In this document: piece after piece, positions 54,336 to 64,000 of the stretch
How positions within the stretch are numbered: position 1 is the first letter of the stretch
Layout: every line of letters begins with the position of its first letter
Origin: Marsupella aquatica
Lineage: Eukaryota; Plantae; Marchantiophyta
Assembly (NCBI GenBank): GCA_973895155.1
Contig: OZ316895.1
Location: 19,854,803-19,918,802, forward strand
Direction of reading: 5' to 3'
DNA: 64,000 nt
Made by a program: the position numbers and the translations under genes
Notes under the pieces: model-generated
The model's input: only the letters and a program-made list of their open reading frames with translations
Told to the model about the DNA's origin: nothing
The model's database searches: none

Positions 54336-57300
54336 CCTTCTTGTAGTCATTGGCATTTATGACGGTCCGTTGGTCATATATGACCCAATGAAGGCCCTAG
54401 TACCTCCAAAGAGAGCCCCCAATAGATTCCTTGCAAGGTTGGAATATTCCTATTTCCTAAACCCGCACCCACACTATATAGGGAAGAACGACTCCCCTGC
54501 CCATTCCATTGGTGCAGCACCACCTCTTGGAGAACCACAAAACAACTTTTATTTGCCTTTTGGATGTGATGGTGTGCATGCATGGTAACACTTTTGGCAA
54601 ATCACTCCAAAGTCGTACAACTTGGGAGTGATTTCCCCAAAGGTGCATCATGCCTTAAGTAAATGCAAAAACATGTGTCCAAAGTGTTTATGTCGCAACT
54701 AGTGGTTGGACAATGATGAGTATAGTGTCCCGCACCTAGTGGAGGGGTTCTCACCTCTATGTAGGGCCACATGGCACTCTAGGGCCCACCTCCAGTCCCT
54801 AGCCCCAAACTGGTCATTTGTGCTTTTCCTTAATGACTGCACAAGGGACCCCTCAAATGACCCGGTCACAACTGCAGTCATTAGACTTATATGACTGCCC
54901 ATATGACAGTTTTAATGACCCTACTTGTAGTCACTGGCATTTATGACAGTCCATTGCTCATATATGACCCAATGAAGGCCCTAGTACTTCCAAAGAGAGC
55001 CCACTTTAGATTCCTTGCAAGGTTGGAATATTCCTCTTCCCTAAACCCGCACCCACACCATACAGGGAAGCACGACTCCCCTGCCCATTCCATTGGTGCA
55101 GCACTACCTCTTGGAGAACCACAAAATAACTTTTATTTGCCTTTGGATGTGATGGTATGCATCCATGGTGACACTTTTGGTAAATCACTCCAAAGTCGTA
55201 TGACTTGGAAGTGATTTCCCCAAAGGTGCATCGTGTCTTAAGTAAACACAAAAACATGTGTCCAAAGTGTTTATGTTGCAACTAGTGGTTGGACAATGAT
55301 GAGTATAGTGTCCCGTACCTAGTGGAGGGGTTCTCACCTCTATGTGGGGCCCCATGGCACTCTAGGGCCCACCTCCAGCCCCTACCCCCAAAATGGTCAT
55401 TTGTGCTTTTCCTTAATGACTGCATGAGGGACCCCTCAAATGAGAATAATTCAGGTCATTCCGCTTATATGACATCCAATGTGACCATTTTAATGACCTT
55501 TCTTGTAGTAATTGGCATTTATGACAGGCAATTACTCACATATGACCCAATAAAGGCCCTAGTACCTCCAAAGAGAGCCAGCTTTAGATTCCTTGCAAGG
55601 TTGGAATATTCCTATACCCTAAACCCGCACCCACACCATGCAGAGAAGCACGACTTCCCTGCCCATTCCATTGGTGCAGCACTACCTCTTGGAGAACCAA
55701 AAAATATGTTTTATTTGCCTTTGGATGTGATGGTATAATCCATGGTTGAACTTTTGGCAAATCACTCCAAAGTCGTACGACTTGGGAGTGATTTCCCCAA
55801 AGGTGCATCATGCCTCAAGTAAACACAAAAACACGTGTCCAAAGTGTTTATGTTGCAACTAGTGGTTGGACAATGATGAGTATAGTGTCCCGCACCAAGT
55901 GGAGGGGTTCTCACCTCTATGTGGGGCCCCATGGCACTCTAGGGCCCACCTCCAGCCCCTAGCCCCAAAATGGTCATTTGTGCTTTTCCTTAATGACTGC
56001 ATGAGGGACCCCTAAACTGACCACATATCCAGTCATTTGACTGATATGACTCTCCATATGATATTTTTAATGACCCTACTTTTAGTCATTGGCATTTATG
56101 ATGGGCCATTGCTCACATATGACCCAATAAAGGCCCTAGTACCTCCAAAGAGAGCCAGCTTTAGATTCCTTGCAAGGTTGGAATATTCCTATACCCTAAT
56201 CCCGCACCCACACCATGCAGAGAAGCACAACTTCCCTGCCCATTCCATTGGTGCAGCACTACCTCTTGGAGAACCACAAAATATGTTTTATTTGCCTTTG
56301 GATGCGATGGTATAATCCATGGTTGAACTTTTGGCAAATCACTTCAAAGTCGTATGACTTGGGAGTGATTTCCCCAAAGGTGCATCATGCCTCAAGTAAA
56401 CGCAAAAACACGTGTCCAAAGTGTTTATGTCACAACTAGTGGTTGGACAATGATGAGTATAGTGTCCCGCACCCAGTGGAGGGGTTCTCACCTCTATGTG
56501 GGGCCCCATGGCACTCTAGGGCCCACCTCAAGCCCCTAGCCCCAAACTGGTCATTTGTGCTTTTCCTTTTAATGACTACATAAGGGACCCCTCAAATGAC
56601 CACAAATCCAGTCATTAGACTGATATGACTCTCCATATGACAGTTTTAATGACCCTACTTTTAGTCATTGGCATTTATGATGGGCCATTGCTCACATATG
56701 ACCCAATAAAGGCCCTAGTACCTCCAAAGAGAGCCAGCTTTAGATTCCTTGCAAGGTTGGAATATTCCTATACCCTAATCCCGCACCCACACCATACTGA
56801 GAAGCACGACTCCCCTGCCCATTCCATTGGTGCAGCACTACCTCTTGGAGAACCAAAAAACAACTTTTATTTGCCTTTGGATGTGATGGTATGCATGCAT
56901 GGTGACACTTTATGCAAATCACTCCAAAGGTGCATCATGCCTCAAGTATACGCAAAAACATGTGTCCAAAGTGTTTATGTTGCAACTAGTGGTTGGACAA
57001 TGATGAGTATAGTGTCCCGCACCTAGTGGAGGGGTTCTCACCTCTATGTGGGGCCCCATGGCACTCTAGGGCCCACCTCAAGCCCCTAGCCCCAAACTGG
57101 TTATTTGTGCTTGTGTTTAATGATTGCATGAGGGACCACACAAATGACCACAAGTCCAGTCACTTGACTTATATGACAGTCCATATGACAAATTTAATGA
57201 CCCTACTTGTAGTCATTGGTATTTGTGATGCAAATGTTTTTAGAAATGACCCAATAAAGATTACACTAGCTCCTTGAATGCCCCATCACTATTTATTTGC

Positions 57301-57707
57301 AAATTAAAATATTCCCCATCCAAACACCGGCACAAACATGACACAATTACAACAAAGGATGACAACCTTCCATTGGTATTGCCCTACTTCTTGGAGAGAC
57401 AAAAAGGTTTCATTTGCCTTTGGATACGGTAGTATGCGCGCATCTATATATGGTGACACTTCTGGAAAATCACTCCAAAGGTGTATGACTTGGGAGTGAT
57501 TTCCCCAAAGCTAGGTGCATCATGCCTAAAGTAAATGCAAGACATGTGTTGAAATTACTAATGTGCCAACCAGTGGGAGGACAATGATGAGTATTGTGTC
57601 CCGCACTTAGTGGAAGGGTTATCAACTATATCAATGACTCTACAATTATGACCGGTGTCTAGAATGACTATTGAGTATTTTAATCTTCATATCTCTTGGG
57701 TTCTTTA

Positions 57708-58480
57708 ATGACTCTATAAGTAGTCATTTATGCAATAAGTCCATAATGATTGTATGTTATTGTAAACATTGATATATCATGAGTTTTAGATTGACCCTAT
57801 ATTTAGTCATTTATGCAACAAGTCCATAATGACAGTATGTTGTTGTAAACACCGATATATCCTAATTTCAAGATTGACCCTAGAGTTAGTCATTTATGAG
57901 AGAAGTCCATAATGACGGTATGTTCTTGTAAACACTGATATGTCCTAATTTCAAGATTGACCCTAGAGTTAGTCATTTATGAGAGAAGTCCATAATGATG
58001 GTATGTTCTTGTAAACACTGATATGTCCTAATTTCAAGATTGACCCTAGAGTTAGTCATTTATGAGAGAAGTCCATAATGACGGTATGTTCTTGTAAACA
58101 CTGATATGTCCTAATTTCAAGATTGACCCTAGAGTTAGTCATTTATGAGAGAAGTCCATAATGACGGTATGTTCTTGTAAACACTGATATGTCCTAATTT
58201 CAAGATTGACCCTAGAGTTAGTCATTTATGAGAGAAGTCCATAATGACGGTATGTTCTTGTAAACACTGATATGTCCTAATTTCAAGATTGACCCTAGAG
58301 TTAGTCATTTATGAGAGAAGTCCATAATGACGGTATGTTCTTGTAAACACTGATATGTTCTAATTTCAAGATTGACCCTAGAGTTAGTCATTTATGGGAG
58401 AAGTCCATAATGACAATATGTTGTTGTAAACACTGATATATTCTCATTTTCAGATTGACCCTATATTTTGTCATTTAACA
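57708..58480. repeat. 83-bp tandem array (~9 copies) in the CACTA subterminal region
   Basis: TTGACCCTA at 57791, 57874, 57957, 58040, 58123, 58206, 58289, 58372, 58455. Central copies are nearly identical. Confidence 0.95.
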
Positions 58481-60551
58481 CCGTTGGTTCAAATGACGGT
58501 AATACATTTTTTGTCATTTATCACCGTTGTCCAAAATGACCCAAATAGATTTTTGGTCATTTCAATCATTGTCCAGAGTGACTATAATGTTGTTAAACAT
58601 TGATTTATCATTGTTGTTATTAATTGCGTCATTTAAGACATGTGTCTAAATTGACCATTTAGGGAAATTGGGACATTTTGGTCCCATCAGTCATTACAAA
58701 CATTATACAAAATGACGCAAAAGTTAACATTTTGTCATTTCATTCCATTGGTCATTGTGGACAGTCATTCCCTTGTCATTCTTTTTGTGTCATTAAAATT
58801 TTTGGTCATTTATTCATCTCCGTCATTGGGTGATTGGTCATAAAGGGCCCTGTTTTCTTCTAGTGGCGCGGCCTCCTCATTTGCCTTTCTCTCTTTTAGA
58901 ACCCTCTCTTATCAGAGATATACAGTTAGAGGCCTTAATGATGCTCCCCAACATTTGTGAATATGTCGTTCACTCCCAGATTAATTTTCTTGAGTGGCGC
59001 GGGAAATGGAGGTATTCAATCTCTGTGAGCCTGGAGTGTGAAGTGCCAATATACTGTCATCTCTCTCTAAGTGCACATTGTCAAAAAAGAAGTATCTGGT
59101 GTGCACTAAACATCTCTGTGCACTAAACATCTCTGTGCACTCTTATCACTTATCAATAAGAGTGTCTGGTTTACATCTCTTCATAAAATGTGCAATGTCC
59201 TTAGTCAGTGAACAGTCTCAAGACTCCTACCCTTAATTGTGCATCCCTGCCTCAAATGCCGGCCCCTACCCCGCAAGTGCAATTTTAACAGTACTACAAA
59301 GTGCCATGCACTTATCCAGACATTTTTTGGCAAGTTAAATATGATGTGTGATACACATGTCTAACTTAAAGGGAGTTGAAAGTAAGATTATTCTCACTTT
59401 TTGGATTGTTGAACCTGTAGACTATTGCACACCACAATGTTCCATGATTGCTCACTCGCTAGTAGTGATCAGAAATGATTGGTTAATGAAGTCAATGTAG
59501 CTCAATAGAACCTAGCTATTGATCATCTCCACTGCACAACTGCCTACTTTGTTATTGGCCCCACCTTCTACTGTACATAAAATACTTTCCAAGGGGCCTC
59601 CATTTGGCTTCAAATTGCAGAAACTGCAATTGACCCTTCTTGGTGGCAAAGTCTTGGGACTCATCATCTTCAGTAAAGGAGATCTCCCTCCAATGGCAAA
59701 TTCTCTAGTGATTCCCAACTACCAACTGATAGCAACATCCCACAACTCCTCTCACTAATCTGCCCTCTTGCTGTAAAGTTTGTTATTTCAATCTGACTGG
59801 CTGAATCAAATCTTTATTTATGCTGGGAGTGCTCCTTTGCTTGGGTGTTTGCTAAAGAAATGTGGCATTGGATTCATGCCATTCTAACCCCCAAAATAAC
59901 CTTCCGACTGACAATTTCAGAATTTTGCACAATCAATTCCTGGGATTGTTTGCCACACAGATGGTGGACCAGTACATTGTGGTCAGACAAATTGAGAGAT
60001 TTTAGTCTTTGAAAAGTGTGTGGTTGAATCCTAATGCTGTAATTTTTCATCCAGAAAAATTTAATCAACTTAGGCATAAGCAATTGGAGTAAAGATTTGA
60101 GCAGAATTTAAGACTTCCTTAAATATTGCAGCGTAGATAGCCCAGGTTGACATACAAAATGCAACCTCAAGGCAACAAAGTCATCTATTGAAAACTCAAC
60201 ATTACTTTGGAGTGTCCCACGTACCTTGCGGGCCTCTAAACATCTTGGAAACAATTGTCCTCCACCCCCAGGTACTATGGCAACTTTGTTGTACACTTAA
60301 TGCTACCAGCCTGAGTGCATTGAGGTGAGTACATTCAACTAAGTGTGTTGCATTCAAAGACTTACCCTCCCCCCATCCCATTTTTCATTTGCAAGCCCAA
60401 CTTCAACTACACCCCAAAGTCACAGTCTAGAGGTTTCACTCTAGCTCATAGGCCTTGAAGCAAGCCTTGAAGAGTAGCTTTCAATCATGATTGTATAGTA
60501 AGATGTCAATTTGTTCTCCATGATGAAGATTCTCCTAAGACACATGCACTA

Positions 60552-60963
60552 CCGTCTTCCCCCAAACACAACGCCATGGCCTTGTGTTTGAATAGTGGGC
60601 CATGAGGTGCTATATTCAAATAGTGCACCCAGGGTGTTGTATTTGAGTATTTGTTTTCATTTTTTTGTATTTGCAAGGCATTGTGTTTGAAAATGGGCGT
60701 TGTGTTCAAATACTGACATTGTGTTTGAATATTGACATTGTCATTTGATTCTTGAATGTTTTACTATTTGTGTTGTTTAACAATTTAGGTTTCAATCTCA
60801 AAAACAGTGTCCAACTTGAACACAACGCCAATATTCAAACACAACGCCCGGGCGATGTGTTAAAATGACGTTGTGTTTGAAGAAACCATACTTTTTCTTA
60901 TAAAGACCTGAACAAACTCGTTTTTGAACACAACGCTCGGGCGCTGTGTTTGGGGGAAGACGG
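60552..60963. mobile_element. 412-bp Tc1/mariner (pogo-like) MITE with TA TSD
   Basis: TA|CCGTCTTCCCCCAAACACAACGCC ... GGCGCTGTGTTTGGGGGAAGACGG|TA, with internal TTGTGTTTGAA/TTCAAACACAA motifs. Confidence 0.9.
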
Positions 60964-61373
60964 TAGTTGGATAACAGTTGGTTTTTAAGGTTGATAATGT
61001 GTTTGACCTTTTCTATTGGGGCTTTGTTCTTGCGTGGCTATTGTTTTGATGTTCTCCACCTTTTTGGCCGTGTGATTTCCCATGATTCACTGTGGGTGCT
61101 CTCAAAGGGCAGTTTGCTATGGCTGCCTCACCCCTTGTACTTGCCTCGCACACTCTTTGCAGACTTTTGGCTACTCTAGTTACTCAAGTAATGAAGTTGT
61201 TGGGTATTTTGAGTCAAATAAATAAGTATATTATAATGGTCTACCTCAAATGGTCATTACAAGTTAGGGGGATTAAACTACAAAGCCAAGGATGCACATC
61301 AAAAGGAATTGACTCAAGCAAACTTGTTGTCAAAGGAGATTGTGTCCGAATTGTATATAAATAAATATATATA

Positions 61374-62470
61374 CTAGCTCAATACCCGTGCGTTGCACAA
61401 AAGATGTGGTGAAAAAAAGATGTGGTGTTGTCCAAGATGTTGTTAAGAAAATATGTCTCATTTTGCCCAAGATGTCGTCAATAAAAAATATGTACTGACA
61501 TTGCCAAAGATGTTGTTAAGGGGAAAAGATGTTGTGTTGCACAAGATGTTGTTAAGAAAAATGATGTTGTGTCGCCCAAGATGTTGGTAAGAAACAAAAT
61601 GTCGTGGCTCCCAAGATGCTGTTAAGAAAGAAGTATCATGGTGCCCAAGATGTTGTTAAGAGCAAAGATTATGTGTTGCCCAAGATGTTGTCAAGAAAAA
61701 AGAAGTCATTTTGCCAAAGATGTCATCAAGTAAATAGATGTTGTGGCACCACTTATGTTGTTATGCCAAAGATGTCATTAAATATAAAGATGTTGTTAAG
61801 TACAAAATGGTCAATAAGTAAAGTATGTAGTTAGTCAAAGATGTTGTGAAGTAAAAGATTTGGGCCCAATTCTTGTGCGATGCACAAAAGATGTTCAGGT
61901 GACGAAAAAATGTCAAGTTGAAAAAAGATGTCCATGAGAGAAAAAAATGTTGAGGTGAGGAAATGAAGTGGAGGTGAAAAACATGCCAAGGTCAGAGAAG
62001 ATGTCAAAGATGAGGAAAAGACGTCGAGGAGAGAAAGATGTCAAGAGTGAGGGAAAGATGTTGTGGTGAGATAAAGATGTCAAGGTGAGAAAAAGATGGT
62101 GAGATGAGAAAAAGGTAAGATGTCATGGTGAGAAAGATGTCAAAATGAGAAAAAGATGTCAAAGTCATAAAAGATCATAAGGGGAGAAGATGTTGAGAGT
62201 GAGAAAAAAATCATGGTGAGATAAAGATGTCAATGTGAGAAAAGATGGCCAGATGAGAAAAAGATGACAAGGCAAGGAAAAGATGCCGAGGAGAGATAAA
62301 CATGTAAAGATTAGAAAAATATTGTCAAGGCAAAAAAATATATCAAGGCAAGAAGAGATATCAAGGTGAGGCAAAACATTATAAGCTTTGCAATGTAATA
62401 TCAAGACATGTTATTTGTGATCCCGACCATACACTTTTGTGGTCTTGTTCAATACCTCTTGCGTTGCACA
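61374..62470 (-). mobile_element. Helitron-like non-autonomous element, 3' end plus degenerate AAGATGT satellite
   Basis: Minus strand reads GTGCAACGCACGGGTATTGAGCTAG|T, a hairpin followed by CTAG and T. The interior has dozens of AAGATG(T/C) units of ~20 bp. 5' end not located. Confidence 0.65.
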
Positions 62471-64000
62471 TAGAAATTGGAGATGCAAGATAATTAGGCC
62501 AGAGCATCATAGAGTCCTAGCACATTCAATGAAGTGATAGGAAAAGATATAGTTTTTCTTTTTCTTTTATTTATATTCAAAGTTTTTCAAAGTTTTCTTC
62601 CCAATTTTTCAATTTAAATATAAATAAATTTGATTATTTGTTAATTAAGTTTTTTATCTTGGGCAGGTGCAGGCAGGCTAAAGGGCAGCTTGGGCAGACA
62701 TTTATTTCAGATGTTGTGTATGGATAGATCTAATGGTATTAAAAACCATAGTTTTGATGAAGTATCAAGATTGTTTCTTGCTTTTTTATTAGTTTGTAAA
62801 AAGACAATCCGAGATAGGTATTATAGTGGTAAAGAATGGTAGAGGGAGGTAGAAGGAGGAACACTTGATATGCATGGATAGTGACTTGTTTCTTGTGCAG
62901 CATTTGGCAGCTCCCCTGTCTTGCTTAGGTGTCAGGCTTGTCTTCACACTGAATGTAATTGTTTTTTGGTTTATTCCTTCTGTTTGTCAGTTTCTTAATT
63001 TTTTGGGTCTGCAAATTCAAAAGACTACCACCGCAAAAAAAAGGTGCAACATGGTATTATAGTTTTTGATGTTGTCAAATGTGGTTGTCCCTTTTTATAT
63101 GTATCCCTAAACCCTATCACCCAATCCAAGAGTAGTCTGGCCCCCAACCCATTGTTATCTCATCCAAATATATATATTGAATTTTTCCAAGTAAATTTGT
63201 TTCCATAAAATAATTTCATATAAGTACCAAGGTGGAATGGGTGTGTACACTCTCCTTGCATTGCATGCAGAGTGCGTTGGGGCAAAGGGTCAATACAAAT
63301 AAGACTGGTCAGGGAAAGATTGGATAAAGAGTGTACTTGCCAGTACAAGGGGACATCAAAAGGAAGTAATGTATTTGCTAAAGTGATGAGAAACATCAAG
63401 AAGGATTCGTCTCCCTTCATTTTTTCCAGTGGCTTTATTTTTATTTGTCCTCTTAGCTATGCTTTGCATATTGGGTTATTTCATCTTCTAGTAGAATGTA
63501 GCTTTCTGCTGCTAGAGGAAACCATAAACTAACTTAGCTTGTATCACTTGCAAATAGTATAAGCAAAACAATCAAGTTTGGTGCGGGGTTTGGTGATGCA
63601 AAGTACTCAATAGAGGTCACCATAGTATCATGAGCTGAAAAGAAGATTATGTCCTGCTTCCTTGGGCACTAAGAGTTGAGATGGTTTGAAATGCAGAAAA
63701 ACATATAAAAATAACTAGGGCCTCATCATGAATTCTCTGTCCAAACGACATTGTGGGAGGAGTTGTAGAAGTGGTAAAGAGAGTCTAACAGGGGTCACTG
63801 GATTTGTCAGCATGCAGCTCTATACAACTCTGTATCAGCTCCCTCCAAAAGGACTAAAGCAACATTACATAAGTCAGATAATTATTTGCAGATTGAGATT
63901 GTTAGCTTATGACAGCCTGGAATGCGCCATAGCTACCACGGGTATAAATTCATCATTTCAATTCATTCGACAAAACAAAAGCCAATTCAAAGGTCCCCTA

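Larger units (their letters stand above)
49300..57630. repeat. ~580-bp tandem repeat array in the CACTA 5' region, split by the second nested element
   Basis: Anchor CAACTAGTGGTTGGACAATGATGAG at 54696, 55279, 55856, 56433, 56983 (degenerate at 57567 and ~49600). The unit interrupted at 49819 resumes at 54336. Confidence 0.92.
33209..58865 (-). mobile_element. CACTA/EnSpm DNA transposon, ~25.6 kb including two nested insertions
   Basis: Left terminus CACTAGTGGAAAACA (33209) and right terminus TGTTTTCTTCTAGTG (58865) form a 13/15 TIR. Dense AATGAC/GTCATT subterminal motifs at both ends. Transposase and TnpA-like genes lie inside on -. The 3-bp TSD is not conserved (CCT vs GCG). Confidence 0.88.

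Noticed and set aside
54304-57277. Recurring short ORFs (RFLARLEYS.., MDNDEYSVP..)
   Set aside because: Translations of the 580-bp repeat; frames and stops vary between units and no domain is recognisable.
57708-58480. CRISPR-like appearance of the regular array
   Set aside because: Whole 83-bp units repeat with no unique spacers, there are no cas genes, and the context is a eukaryotic TE.
59460-60310. Exon-like patches on the minus strand
   Set aside because: No consistent frame or recognisable protein family.

Overview
Repeat-rich land-plant nuclear DNA, probably a non-seed plant such as a bryophyte or lycophyte (inferred from the TE lineages). Layout: (1) 1-18.1 kb is a TE graveyard: a PIF/Harbinger pair (transposase plus Myb/trihelix), then truncated Ty3/Gypsy, LINE and Bianca-type Copia pieces fused end to end, with two MITEs nested in the Copia. 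(2) 19-29.5 kb is an island of three intact host genes: an 11-exon RECQ1-type helicase, intronless RAF1 and an intronless Yippee-like gene. (3) 33209-58865 is a ~25.6 kb CACTA/EnSpm element with a broken transposase, a TnpA-like gene, subterminal AATGAC motifs, ~580-bp and 83-bp tandem arrays, and an apparently intact stand-alone ORF encoding the composite PHD module of the histone reader EDM2. Two large TG...CA elements with 5-bp TSDs (3.6 and 4.5 kb, solo-LTR-like, no gag/pol) are nested in it, and each carries a long ORF homologous to the other. (4) 59-64 kb holds a TA-flanked Tc1/pogo MITE and a Helitron-like 3' end with a degenerate AAGATG satellite. The best candidates for new biology are the CACTA-borne EDM2-like PHD reader and the protein-coding solo LTRs, both possible TE counter-silencing systems. 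All homologies were recognised by eye and not confirmed by any search.
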